A stretch of DNA of 64,000 nucleotides from Botryllus schlosseri (Eukaryota): assembly GCA_051294905.1 (NCBI GenBank), contig CM119380.1, positions 11,036,001 through 11,100,000 on the forward strand, in the 5' to 3' direction. The translations under genes were made by a program, and so were the position numbers. This document shows positions 50,971-64,000 of this stretch, one piece after another (within the stretch, counting starts at the first letter, position 1; each line of letters starts with the position of its first letter). The notes under the pieces are model-generated. The model saw only the letters and a program-made list of their open reading frames with translations, did not search any database and was not told the DNA's origin.

Positions 50971-51006
50971 ACACGAGCTTTCGGAGTTCTGCTCCTTCAT
51001 CAGGTG
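50971..51006 (-). ncRNA. Hammerhead-ribozyme-like motif, antisense to the Penelope ORF, core intact
   Basis: Minus strand CAC-CUGAUGA-A-GGAG-CAGAA-CUCC-GAA-AGCU-C-GUG: 4-bp stem II, palindromic AGCU stem III, CAC/GUG stem I and an extra A after A9. Confidence 0.7.
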
Positions 51007-53589
51007 ACTAACGAAGTCAAAAATATGATACTCCACAAGGAGAAAAAATAACGCAATTGGTACTGGAAATAAAGAAATCCGAAATTTCACTGCCACCGGG
51101 TACAACAGCTAGAAGCAATGAATCGGATATACCCATTGCTAACCTGTCTAGCAAAACTCTGACGCAATCCCAAATCGATGTTCTTAGTCTTAATTTGAAA
51201 TTCTGCCCTACTCAAAAATTAGATCCTTACGTGCTAGCCGGAGACACCGATGAATTTGACAGGAAAATTAGAAACGAGTTTCATTTTCATGACTTTAATT
51301 CCAAGAATGAAGTATCTCAAAATGGGGACGAGACAAGTGAGCAAATTAGCAAGAAGCCCTGAAAAAACATGAAATGGGGGTCACCTCACGGCAAAAACAA
51401 TAATTTGGACAGATATCTAGAAAGTTTCCACAATCAAATTAATGCTACATTAATCAGTAAGTCCAAACATCTGAACAGCAATCACAACGACAATCTCACG
51501 AACGAACAGAAAAGGGCAATCACAGAACTTAAACAGGATGAGAGCATCGTAATCAAGCCATCTGATAAAGGAGGGAAGGTGGTCGTTATGGACTTAAAAG
51601 ACTATATAGCAGAAGACTACAGACAGCTGAACGACTCTAATTCATATCAAAAATTATGTAACGATCCGACGAAGGAACATACAAATCAGTTGAAGGATAT
51701 TATAAAATCTTTGTATATTAAGGAAGATGAGAAATGAAAGCTCAGTATACCATCCGATTTCTCTCTCGGCCGCTTCTATCTCCTACCGAAATTGCACAAA
51801 GCAAATATTCCTGGACGTCCCATCGTGTCGTGCAACAAAACTCTAACGGAAAACATATACGGGATCGTAGAAAAATGTCTTGAACCGATGGTGAAAAGCA
51901 CACCAAGTTTTTGTCGCGACACCACGGACTTCTTAGACTCAAGAACGTCAATCACTTGAAATCAGGAACGGTTTTAGTCACCATGGACGTATCATCCCTG
52001 TATACGAGTATTCCGCATAAAGATGGCATGGAATCTGTCGAAAGATCTCTTGCAGAAAGTGGGCATCCATTGAAAAAAGCATCATGGAACTAATCAGCTT
52101 CACGCTGACGCACAACACGTTCGAATTTAGCCAAGAGATCTTTCTACAGCTTCAAGGCACGGCAATGGGCACGAAATTTGCTCCGCAATACGCGAACCTT
52201 TTCATGCACCATTTTGAGAAGGATTTCATGGAGACTCAGTCATTTCGGCCTATATTTTACACGCGGTATATCGACAACATATTTATGATATGGACCCACG
52301 GCGAACGGTCTCTAAAAACATTTCACGAGTCCTTAAACCAATTCCACCCTAATATTCGTCTAACCATGGAAAACGCAATGACTGTAGTCCCTTTCCTCGA
52401 CACGCTCGTCAATATCGAAAAAGGCCGTGTTTACACGTCACTCTATCGCAAACCAACTGACTCTGGTAAGATTTTTAACTACCATAGTTTCCGTTACACT
52501 GCAAAAAAGGAATAGTCTACAGTAAATTCCTTCGAATTCACAAAATCTGTTCGAAGGAAGAGGATAAAAATTGGCATTTGGAAGTTTTGAGACACGAACT
52601 GACCAAATCTAGCTAAGACCAACAGCTAATAAAGAATCAAATAAAAATGCCCTCAATGTGCCACGCGAAGACCTCCTTGATTGCAGTCGGAATAACAACG
52701 CGGAACACGAGATCGCAGAGTGCCGCTGGTCACTACTTATTTTCCGGGAGCAGAAAAGATCCGTAAGATTTTGCGAAAACATCAGCGAATACTTGATAAT
52801 GATCCAAAATGCAATGAAGTGTTCCCGAAAAGGCCTATATAAGCCATTCGGCAACCACGCAACTTGCGGAACATTTTAGTGAATAGCAGACTACCCCGGT
52901 CAAAACAAAAAACAACGTGGAAAATTGTGGACAATCGTCATGTAAGACGTGTGCTATTCTCGATAATAATACTGTGATCACAAGAGGACATGCCAACCAC
53001 AACACCAAAGGCCATTTCACTTGCAAATCAAGTCATTTGATATACTTGATTCGCTGCCGGAAAGGATGTACCAATGCGTGGTACGTTGGGGAGACCAGTC
53101 AACCTCTCCATAAGAGAGTAAATGGACATCGACATGATATCTCGAAAGTCAACAAATCGAAGCCTGTCGGTGAACATTTTACTTCGGCTGGTCACTCGGA
53201 GAACGACATAATAATCAACGCATTGGTCGGGAACATTGAAGACTCTACCCTACGCAAGGCTACTGAACAAAAATATATTGACAAATTCGATACATTCCGA
53301 CAAGGTCTCAATATAGATAGAGGGTGCATGTCTCTCTACACTATGTAATACTTCACTTGTCACCTTTCCGCATGTGTATTATACTACAAACATATTATAT
53401 CGTAGCCAATTTTCAGGAGTACAGCTTACTTTATGCGTTTCTAATATAAACTAGATATTAGTGCCTATGACGTCATAAAGTACACGACTTTGGAATCTGA
53501 AAAGTTCTTACCCACTATGATGTCACAATCTGTATATGTTCAAATTCAAAATCTTTTTGCGTTGCTCTTTTTGCGTTACTTTCGCTTTA

Positions 53590-53626
53590 ACACCTGATAA
53601 AGGGTCTGAGCTCCGAAAGCTCGTGT
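53590..53626 (+). ncRNA. Degenerate hammerhead-like motif in the Penelope 3' pseudo-LTR
   Basis: ACAC-CUGAUAA-AGGGUCUGAGCUCC-GAA-AGCU-C-GUGU: same layout as 50971-51006 but G8 is replaced by A. Confidence 0.6.
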
Positions 53627-53807
53627 ATCTGATAAAGTTATATTTATACAAGTTGACGTTAAATAGGGTGTGAATGCTATATATCGTCTGCTATCGGCGC
53701 AACAAAGTATTCAAGCATTTTCATGATATTTGTAAATCGCAAAACGCTTCTGTATTTTTCTGTGCAGTTTCTGTACTGTATAAATATGGATCTATATATA
53801 TCTCCAT

Positions 53808-55766
53808 CAGACATGGTGTGATTACTTCATGAATGTAATCGATTGCGATTACGATTACTTCTGAATCATGCGATTACGATTACGATTACAGCAAAAACAG
53901 GAAGTAGTCGATTACGATTACGATTACTTTGGACACGATTACTCGCGATTACATTTATTTTGCATCTACGAAGTCATATTGGAAGACAATACATGAATTG
54001 CGCTGAAAATGCCAAATGAGATAACAACTTTCTTTAAAAAAGATGAGTCACGATTTATCGTACCCAACGATTGGCATTCTTGCTAGGCCCGTAACTGCCG
54101 CACCCCAAATTTCCCAATAGAGTGGGGAGCGAGCTCGAAGGGGGACTCAAAAGTATTTCGTAAACTAACACCAACATAAATTATATTGAGTATTTTCGAG
54201 AGATTTAATTACCTTGAAAATTCTCTTCGAACTTCGCGATTTAAATGTCTCTAGATAGCTTGATTTTGAAATGCATACATCGTCCCCTCAAGAAAAAAAG
54301 CACGCACAATTAATAGTGATGGGCATTTAGATGCCAGTCATTACCGCGCCACGACCCCCCAAAAGACAGATGCAGTTTCGGCCAACATGTGAGTCCACGA
54401 AGTGTGCTACTAAAGAAAGACCTTGACCGAAACTTAGGGTATGTGTCTATTGTCAATAGCCACTCTGGGTGGGCGTGACTAATAAATAGTCCTTTCCTTC
54501 CAATCTGAGCCCGCAATGAAAATGTCACCCGGGCACCCACAGCATTAAAGACATGATAATTTGTGTGTGTGCGTCTCACACAAGTTTTTCTTTTAGTCTG
54601 CTACGTTTGGGCTACTACAATATCTTTTGATTATATAACAGACCGGAGGTCGCGAATCAACAACTTACACTAAAGTAATTTTTACAAGATACCAGATATT
54701 ATAATTATGAATTACGTGCCCCCAGCTCTATACAGGTAAATCTGGCCATCGGGGGCTTAGAGAGCATTCAAAATGAATAGTAATATATTGCAATTACCAA
54801 TATTATTGACGAAATTCAATCTTCAACTTGAAAATTGTCTACCCTATAGGGGCCCAGGACCAACGTTTGGAGTGGGGACGAAATGCTGTTTTGGTCCTGA
54901 TTCTAGCCAGAACCCACGCTAAAATAGTATAAGACGATGGCTATGGCGGCAGGTCCACATTTTGATTGAATTGTGAAATAATGATTGGCGTCCGTGTCAG
55001 GTAGAGTCATGTGAGAATAACAGAATGTGAACATAAAATTCTGCCTTCAACTTAATACAGATAAATGTACTGCAAGCTGCCAATACGAGAAACGGCTAAG
55101 AACGGCTCGGCTATGTTATATATCAGCAGCTGTTGATTTTTAATGCTTCGCAGTGGAAATCGTAATGTTTTATTTGACGAGTACATAATTTCAAATCTTT
55201 GTCCACTGTACGTACGTACAACATACGCCTACTACTCACCAAGCAGCAACAGTCAAACTGCGTTTAACTAAGCATAACGAAACATCAATACACAGGTTCC
55301 TATTTTAAACTAGGCAGAGTGGTGATTAATTATCCTGGTGCGAGGTTGTGGCGTCCGGAATGTATTGATAACCTGATATACAGCATGGCGGGAATTCTTA
55401 CAATAACACTAATGTACATCGAATATCTATTGTGTGGATACTTCTTACGCAACGCGAGCAAAGCTAATATGCTACATCTGACGTAATAATGAGCGGTGGG
55501 ATTTGACAATCAGACGTTTGTGCTATCACTTCCAGGTATAATATCTCTTCCTTGTTCACGAATGTTCAGTTTATGTCATAGTCCTTGTACAAGTAAAAAG
55601 TAATCGTTCTTTCACAAAGAAATCGATTAGATATGGGAAGTAGTCGATTACGATTACGATTACTTTGGAATTTTTTCGAATGTAATCGATTGCGATTACG
55701 ATTACTTGAAAATGCTGTAATCGTCGTAATCGATTACGATTACTAATCGTGATTACCCCATGTCTG
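53808..55766. mobile_element. Non-autonomous hAT element with (GATTAC)n subterminal repeats
   Basis: TIRs CAGACATGG / CCATGTCTG; perfect TSD ATCTCCAT. Confidence 0.92.
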
Positions 55767-56457
55767 ATCTCCATCGGCCATACGTTTTTGTTTGCATTTC
55801 AAATCACTTGTAAGTGGGTGTGTATTTATTTACCGACCGCATAAGATGAAGTCATTCTACTCGTTGTTGCTGCACTGCTTGTAAACATGCTTCTAATAAA
55901 TACGATCACAATAATAATATTACCACCATTTCCGCGTTAAATCGTAAGTGGCCTGCATTGGAAATTACATGTGGGTGTGGACATTGTTGTTTGTAGAGCA
56001 CCTGTGGATGGACGCAGATACCACTGTTATCATGAAATATTATTTCCTCCTAATTTAACCACAAGCCAGAACTTCTTCCATTGTATGTCCTGCATACGAT
56101 TTTCTTGGTTGCTTCCGTGTGACTTCTATTGCTAACCGATGGCAACTATCAGTTGGTGCGAGTATTGGCGTGATACACACTGCATACCACGAGGTGATCA
56201 AAGTAGTCCTCGTTGCTACTCAAGTAGAAGTGGGAGCATAGCCCTGTTACAACTTAATTATATTACACGTCACGATGGCAATTTCCAGCATATGTGAGAA
56301 TTACTTCAAGTGGAAGTTGACAATGGAGATCGGAAAAGCAATCAAGTTAGTAGCTTTAAAAATGAGTTTTGTTGAGGCGTCGCATACTCTACTAATCACT
56401 GGTAGGTTTCTACTTTCGAAATTGTCGTTTGCATCTTCGCGATGAATGCCATATGCC

Positions 56458-57635
56458 GGGAGGTGGTCAGTAACGAAGTACTTCTACTTTTTCGAAGTAG
56501 TTTTCCTTCACTTCTGGTACTTATTCAAGTAGATCTGATTTTCGCTACTTCTACTTACTTACTTTTCGCTATTTTCAGTTTGTCAAGTAGAAGTAGTTTA
56601 ATTCTCTAATCAGGAAAATAGCCTGAGGAATTTCGGGGCTGTTTTCTCGAAGTATCAACATTTAATTTTCATAAAAGTTAAGTAAAGCCCAGAATTTTCG
56701 TCGCGCTTCGCGCTCTGCGGATATCGGTGAATATAATTTAGGTAGTGGGTTGGCGTGGTTCCGTTCACACCGCATTGTCGCTCTTTGCCAATATGAACTA
56801 TTTCATCACAGTTTATAAGGCTCATCATAACGTTTGAAACTGATGTTTCGAAATCTAGCATTTACTTATCATATAGTAATCTAACAGTTCATGGCGTGTC
56901 CTAATCTGGAAAAGTGGACTCTGACTTTTTTTTGGTTTTATAGCTGTTTTAGCATACCATCTTTGAAACTTTCTGACTGAAGACGTGAAATGCATATATA
57001 ATTTGAGTTCAAATTAATATCAGTTCCTTTGTCTGGATAACATGCATGTTGAAATATAAAAGCAATTGTAGTAATGACTTTAATTTCCGGAAATAAATCT
57101 ACACGATATGGCATTTTTACGATCCACCATATTTTTTATTAACGTTTACTTATCGCGCAAAGTGTTTTCACCTTATCCTATACAACTTCTCGTTATTGCT
57201 CTTCGACTAAACTACGGGCTTTATAATATGGCGGAGTGCGCCATACCATGATATTTTCTAAAACGTGCTGTTCGAGTAAACAGAGGATTAGAATCGCATT
57301 TCCATATCAATACTATCATTTGCATTCCATGATGCGGACGAATACTTATGATATCGAGCATTGGATACTGCCGGGGATGCATCAATATGAATCAAGCTTG
57401 GCACCTTTGCATAGTTCAATTCGCACCTTTTGACAATCCATGCGAACGAATTACGACCGTTTTCAAAACTACTTACTTACTTGAGTAAATTTGAAGTCAG
57501 TAAATTCTACTTCTACTTCAAGTAGTTTTAGGTTTCTTATGGAATAAGTACTTCTACTCGTACTTGAGTATATTTTTTACGTCACTACTTCTACTTCTAC
57601 TTGAGTAGCTTTCTCGACTACTTTGACCACCTCTG
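56458..57635. mobile_element. hAT-like element with TACTT-rich subterminal repeats
   Basis: Ends GGGAGGTGGTCA / TTGACCACCTCTG; no TSD readable; homologous to 31307-31990. Confidence 0.65.
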
Positions 57636-58088
57636 CATTCCTCGTGACACTACAAATGGGTTAAATTACGAATATATATTCAGCTACCTTGAAACAAAGA
57701 TTGTATTTATCACCAGGTCGTCATGAAAATATTATTGCCAACGTCATAAAAGCCTACCCCGAAATGATTTTCAACTTTACGAAGTCCAAACTGTAAAAAA
57801 TGACTATTTTGGCCTAATAAACTCTTGAGTAGAACTAGACGTAGTCACAAACATCAATTTCTGGGTATGTATGGTACAGCTAGGCAAAACCTATTTGAGT
57901 ACTTCGGAAAAGTAGAATTACTTCGTTACTGACCGTATCTGTGCATAATGCATGCTACATCTTGTTCTCAATGTAGCCAGCTATTTTCATAAACTGACAG
58001 CCTGCATATAAAAGGACATCTTGGAAACTGTACATAAGTGTATATATGTTTGTCGGCCTACTGTGGTCTGCTGGCAATGCTGCTATGC

Positions 58089-59136
58089 CAGGGGTGGGCA
58101 AACTACGGCCCGCGGGCCGCATGCGGCCCGTGAGAGTCTAAAGAAACTTTTAAAAAATATTGATAAAATGCGTATTAAAAATCGAATTAATGCAGGGACT
58201 TGATTAACTTTTCTTCGTATATTTCATCATGATAATTCTAAGACAGTGGTTCTCAAACTGCTTGGCGCGCCCCCCTTGGGGGCGTGAAAGCATCTAAAAG
58301 GAGGCGCGAAGCTGAGCTGAACTGAACAAATTTTTCGCGCTCCGCGCGATTTACTTCCAATTCAAAGTTAATGCTCTGTATTTAGTCTCTCATCCACATG
58401 TCGTAACCTTCCATGCCATCAAACTACCCGTTGGGTTTGCTAGCATCCTGGTTGCGTTTTGTGATATGACGATAAGGGGGCGCAAAATCTTTCACCATCA
58501 TATGGGGGGAGGCCTGTCTTAAAAAGTTTGAGAACCACTGATCTAAGGTAAATACTTAATATCACAGCGGGATAGCTGCAACGAGATTGATATAATTTGG
58601 ATCACGAGTGGGATTTCAGATTCGCCACTCCATTTTTAATTATTTCAGTGTTGTGCTTATAATAAACGATTTGGGCGTGTCTTAGGTAGATTCATTGTCT
58701 GTATGCGTAGAATTGGGGTATTTATATTTTATCTACACATAGTAGAAGCGTGTTTGAAGCTGACATGGTTATGATGCTGTCAGCATTGTGTGTCCTGGAA
58801 CTGAGCCAAAAGTGGACAGATCGCTGCTCACAGATTTAAATTTCAATCCTGTTCTAACAATCGAGCCAACCGACTTTCATATTTTTGACAAATTGGTTAT
58901 TGAGGTCCGCCAGCCTATGAAATCTCGCCACTATATGTTTCTGACGCGTGTACGATATCATCAAAGCAATGTTTGGCTTGTTTTAAATAAGAACATATAT
59001 TATCTCCATGTCCTCACTATATAATCAAATATCAATATTGCGTTTTGGTTTATAATCTAAATTTTATATAGTGCGGCCCGCGAATGGATTCAGATGTTGA
59101 ATGCGGCCCGCGAGCTCAAAAGTTTGCCCACCCCTG
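58089..59136. mobile_element. Non-autonomous hAT element with a nested MITE (58244-58540)
   Basis: TIRs CAGGGGTGGGCAAAC; perfect TSD TGCTATGC. The nested MITE has CAGTGGTTCTCAAAC TIRs and TSD TTCTAAGA / ATCTAAGG. Confidence 0.92.
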
Positions 59137-59708
59137 TGCTATGCTATATTCACTCAATTTCAATAAAGTCACAGCCAGCCATAGAAGTCGAATAGGACAT
59201 TTTTAGTGCAGGACGGGTAGCATGCCATATGGATATTGCGATGGACGGCAAATGTGTAGGCCGATATTATGTATTCATTATTGAATTATTTCATGGTTGT
59301 TCAATGCATTAGGTATTCTTTCATGATGTATTTCTGTCACTAATGGCTGAGCTCGGGTTGCGATCAGGCTCCAGCGTAAAGATTAAAACCGGTGGTCCTT
59401 AACCTTCACTAACCTTGGGTACACTAATGCTAATTTGCAAGCCTTCACAAACCTCAAATTTTCGCTGAGTCATGATAACAAATCTACCACAATTTGCATT
59501 TAGCTAGACATCGAATGCATTACTATAGATTTCTGGTGCACAGAATGAATTGTGCATCGATATAGCGTTGAAAGAACAAATTCAAAACATCATCATGAAT
59601 ATATAACGCAAATCAATGTAACTTCTGTAGTTCGCTTTCAGACACCAGTTCAGAAACCAGGGGCTTCCCTTTGGAAAGTGACATTGTATTATTCGGTGGA
59701 CTCTAAAC

Positions 59709-61715
59709 TAGGGTTGGAATACGTCCGGAATTTCCCGGACATGTCCGCAATTTCACTGCTCAAACTAGCGTCCTGGAGGAATTTCTAAAATATGACAAAT
59801 GCCCGGAATTTTGAAGACTTGACGTAGACTCATAATTTTTTTTCGTAAATCAGCCTTAAAACAATATTTTTTGGGAATATTTATGCTGATGCATGATATA
59901 TTTCTTCGCGCTGCGCGCGATTTACTATTACATTTATTGAATTTAATATGGTGACTACCACCCTCGCAAAAACTGAAATAAAATGTAAATAAAAACAACC
60001 TTCATTTACTGGAATAAGCCTAATTGCCATCGCAATTATAGGAGAACGGTATACTCCTAGAGATCGTTAAGGCGGTTTAAATGCTTTATTCAAAGATAGT
60101 GGTTCCAAACTGGATGGGGGGATCGTTTGCCTTTATTCTGGGGTTTGCGATTATTGTGATCGTAATCAGCTTCCAAAATTGCCAGTGAGTAAGTCTGGGC
60201 AAAGGTGCTGACTTCTTTTAGTAATCAGCTCGTCAAATTTTGATCTGGGCCACGGAACATTTCAAATTAGAGACGGAGGCGCGACCATAAAAGGTTCGAA
60301 ACGACTGGATGTGGGGTTGTTTATAAAGCTCGGTGGTGCGCACCAGCATAAGGCTGATAAACAATCTTATCGGTGGGACATGAGCAATTGAACATGACTT
60401 AACGATGTGCAATTTATACGCTCCCTGAATTTCCGAACTCATCATCCTCCCCCCGCTAACTGTGATCATGTGGGCGGAGAGTAGTATCTATATAGTAATA
60501 TATGGAACAACCAATATTATTGGCAGAATTCATTCAGAGAGACGCTTAGGAGTACAGAACTTCATAACACATTTGAATAAAATATTCATATTTATTCCTG
60601 AAGCTTTTCGGCTGACCCTCGTCATTTATTCATATAGAAACAAGATTCATATAACAAACACCCCCCCCCCCCAGAAGTTGCATCGATGACCCTATAGCGT
60701 GGACTCAAAATCATTGTTTATTTGGGCGGGAGGGGGCTGAAGACATTTGCTTTCGGTCCCGGTTACACAAGAGAGAGAGAGAGAGAGATTTATTTCTTCG
60801 TCAACCGGAATAAACAGAATACTCATAACAAAACAAACAAAAAAACACAGTAATAACAGCAATAACAGCAACACATACACAGTAATAATAGTGTGTAACT
60901 GGCTCTGTAACGGTATAGACGGGCGCCGGCGATATGATCATTACGATCTTCATGTCAAGCCGGAACCTAGGAGATTAAAAACAAGTTTATAGAATAGATA
61001 CACTCATGCTTACTAGTTATGGTGGTGTGTAAAGAAAAAACAAAAATAGAAAAGCAACAACGAAGTACACAGTGGATGCCTTGATGCAATAGTACATGGG
61101 GAATACATCCGATGGCGATTAGTACTTACTGAGAAGTAAGTCAAGGAATTCCGCCTTGAATGACGGAAAACTCATACTTTTCAGTCGCGGGGGCAATTTA
61201 TTCCACAAATCGATTCCAGCACGCTTCAAGGGCGGAAAAGCATTGTCTTAATTAGACATAAATAGGTTGGAAGAGCTCTTAGATCGAGTGCCGTGGTTGT
61301 GTATATGCATGCAATATTCAAAGTAGTTTACAAGTGAATTTGGAACTTCTTGTTTGTTAAACTTATACATGAACTTAGCTAATTCAAAAATATATATGTC
61401 TTCAACTTTAAGAATGCGAAGTTTCTTATAATACGGAGATAAGCGATGATAGATGGTCAATCCAGCAATGGCCCGAATGGCTTTATTCTGCAGTACTTGC
61501 AATGCTTTCAAAATAGTTTGGGTTGCAGATCCCCACATAATAATACCATATTGCAAATGGCAGGAAGACACAGCCACATACTCCTGAACCGGATCGTGAC
61601 CACCTCTGGTCTATGAGGAAAGCTTTGCTAGTGTGACGTCATAACTAATTCTGAAATTCACTAGTGGGCGCTAAAGAGTGTCCGGAATTTGGGTTGCAGA
61701 AATATCGTAACCCTA
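59709..61715. mobile_element. Non-autonomous hAT element (TAGGGTTG TIR) carrying a LINE insertion
   Basis: Perfect TSD CTCTAAAC; collinear with 45238-46379 except for the extra block at 60771-61567. Confidence 0.92.
60771..61567 (-). mobile_element. L2-like LINE 3' fragment with (TC)n tail
   Basis: CHLQYGIIMWG...LQVLQNKAIRAI...FELAKFMYK...HGTRS, then LWNKLP...LLLSKY*, AATAAA and (TC)n. Confidence 0.88.
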
Positions 61716-62605
61716 CTCTAAACAGCGTGATACTAAGTGCTTAATTGCAAATGAGCTAATAAATATTACAGATCGAATTGGCATTGTAGAAAGGCCGGTG
61801 TCGATTTCGAGCCTATCGTCTCTTCCAACGTCTCTTGCGTACCTACGCCACTGCACACGGCGTATACTGCAACAACAGGCACAATAATACTACTGCAGTA
61901 ACCATGGTCATGGCGATATGCGTGCTACCAATTATGGTGAAGACGGACGTGTCATCGCAAATCATATGTATGGGTTGAGTGTGTGTTTTTCTTGACGTCC
62001 ATGTATGAACCAGCTGTGGTTCTACCAACTCTGGTTAAAAACCACCGGTTTAAACTCTCATTCATATATGTGCTTGTGCGGATACGAGCACTACAATATA
62101 CTTACTACTTGCTCTGGACGTAAACATTGTTCACTTTTCAGATCAATTCTGCGCTCAAAAGTTCACTAATGGACGTTGGATTTCAGTTGGAAATTGTGAT
62201 GTGAGTTTATTGAATGGAATGGGTTTGGTAAACTATACATCGAATAAAGCCTTTAAGCGGTGGTCATTTGAAATTAATAAGCAAGGGCGACATTTATTCA
62301 CCGTGTGGTTTTTGAACTTTACTTCTTGTCTATACCGTTAACTATAACCGTACCTGACGCCTCCAACATGTTTACCCAATGAGGACTAGAATACATGCGT
62401 ATCACGCGAATATAGATGCGACATAAATGCTTTGCTGGGGTAGTTGTCCATGCTTAACCTTACCCTATTCTGACGAGTTTATTTAGACTTAACACTAATA
62501 CATGCAGTAGAATGCAGTTTGTAATGATGGAGATCCAAACAAATCGGTGTCCGAAAGTGAAAAATCTTCATTGGAGAAGGCCACGGTAATTTTCTAGCAC
62601 ACAGA

Positions 62606-62652
62606 GAGAGAGAGAGGGAGAGAGAGAGAGAGGGAGGGAGAGAGAGAGAGGG
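62606..62652. repeat. (GA)n microsatellite
   Basis: Imperfect GA/GGGA run. Confidence 0.9.
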
Positions 62653-62738
62653 GTGATCAAGGTGATTTGACGATGGAAAAACAAAACAACTTTTAGTTAA
62701 GGTTATCTACTATCTAGTCTGCATCATACACTGTATAG

Positions 62739-64000
62739 CAGCGGTTCTCAACCTTTTTAGACATGCGCCCCCCTTGGCGTTGTTCAAAAAAAATTGCGCC
62801 CCCTTATCCCCTGCACTTATCGTCGTGTCAAAAAGAGCACATCATCTAATACAGAGGAGGGCAACCTTTTTGCTAATCACGGCCGCATTTCGGTAACTTA
62901 TGTAGCCTAATGCCACATTCGAGGGCATAACCGTAATGAACTAACTGGACGCAAAATACCTATGTTAATCTGTCCATATCCATTCCCGGTGAACTCCGAA
63001 CTATTGTTCTTTTCGCAACGGGCTATCGTACGAACCGAAATAGCGAGTGGAAATGTTATGAATAGTTGCTGAGATTGCATATTGTCGCGCGGAGCACGAA
63101 AATGTTTCAGATTCACGAATGAATTTCATAATTAATAGTAGCAGTATTACATATTACTATCAAATATTTATCCATTCTCAGCCAAAGTGATCAGAATCAC
63201 CGGTAGAGTTTATGGAAGGAGTGCTTTCGAAAATTTAGGGCAAGTTATAAATGATAATGCATCTTCGGGTGAGGCAATTGTTATTAGTCACTTTGTTGCA
63301 TGCAGTTATTTCTTGACACCTCCCGATCCCTTTCCATCAGGATTGCCGATTGTATCGGTAGTGGAAATAGTGGAAATATAATGAAATCGCCCAAAGGTAC
63401 CACAAACTAATTTCTTTCGTGAGGAGCACACGATTCCGATTCCGGCTCAAATTGAGAAGGGGGCTACTATATTAAAATTGAATAATGAAGAAATGTTGAA
63501 TTGCACAGAGCGCGAAGAAAATTCCAAGAGTAATTTAAATCTCTCAAAAATTCGGGAGTGAATTCGTAGTTTCAATTTGCATGTCGACAGCCAGCAACAC
63601 ATACTGATTGAATTAGATGTCGACGGCCGCACAAATTCCCTTATACGGCCGCAGGTTGCCCATCACTGATCTAGTAGTATACATATTGTATATCTTACGC
63701 CAAGTTTGAATCCGCATTCCAGTTGTTGAGTCTTTAGCATTTCTGACATATTTCCCCAAACTTGCTTGAAAATAGCACAAAAACAGAAGATCAATTTATT
63801 TCAAGGTAGGCTGCACTGAGACTAATCCTAATGCAGGTACTGACTACAGAGAGCACGGCGTCGCTCTGTCCTGCCATGCTAAATTTGATCAGTTTTGAAA
63901 TTGAATTAAGTGGTGTTGATCTAGGGTAGCCTATAATTGCGGTTGGAACCGGGCAACCTATATTATATCTAAGTCTATCTTACGCAGTGCAGTTCGTCAG
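62739..64000. mobile_element. Second copy of the 1671-3223 composite hAT element, truncated by the window end
   Basis: Same outer TIR and the same nested element (62852-63668) with TSD ATCTAATA / ATCTAGTA at the same internal position. Confidence 0.88.

Larger units (their letters stand above)
50971..53690 (+). mobile_element. Penelope-like retroelement (RT + GIY-YIG endonuclease), 5'-truncated and frameshifted
   Basis: ORF pieces at 51057-53348 give ANLSSKTLT...LKFCPT, IKPSDKGGKVVVM, FYLLPKLHK..PGRPIVS, VTMDVSSLYTSIP, GTAMGTKFAPQYANLFM, RYIDNIF (D-to-N in motif C) and LIYLIRC...WYVGET...RVNGHR. At least five disruptions. Confidence 0.95.

Noticed and set aside
53820-55760. (GATTAC)n and TACTT/AGTAG repeat clusters as CRISPR-like or telomeric arrays
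   Set aside because: They are subterminal repeats of hAT elements bounded by TIRs and an 8-bp TSD, with no repeat-spacer structure.
55810-55949. TG...CA segment with AATAAA as a solo LTR
   Set aside because: No target-site duplication and no second copy in the window.

Overview
AT-rich animal genomic DNA. The 48-60 nt mini-introns, dense hAT MITEs and EGF/discoidin/pentraxin modules fit an ascidian-like marine invertebrate (inference). Three spliced genes can be built by hand: the 3' end of a Ca-binding EGF + F5/8 type C (discoidin) gene (+, 4029-11862), a six-repeat NHL beta-propeller gene with no RING/B-box exons visible (+, 29601-30810), and a complete 9-exon, 425-aa short-fibulin-like gene with an Arg-rich pro-region (-, 34768-38570). 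A dead pentraxin exon lies at the window start. The rest is mostly mobile DNA: an L2/CR1-clade LINE with an intact RT ORF, several LINE 3' fragments, two Penelope-like elements associated with hammerhead-ribozyme-like motifs, a decayed hAT transposase, and about a dozen non-autonomous hAT elements with readable 8-bp TSDs, often nested. The most unusual signals are (i) three independent hAT insertions at the same GCCTAGGC palindrome in two copies of one LINE 3' UTR, and (ii) minimal hammerhead motifs in inverted pairs, one inside a ~218-bp hairpin. All alignments and translations were done by eye; no database search or folding program was run.
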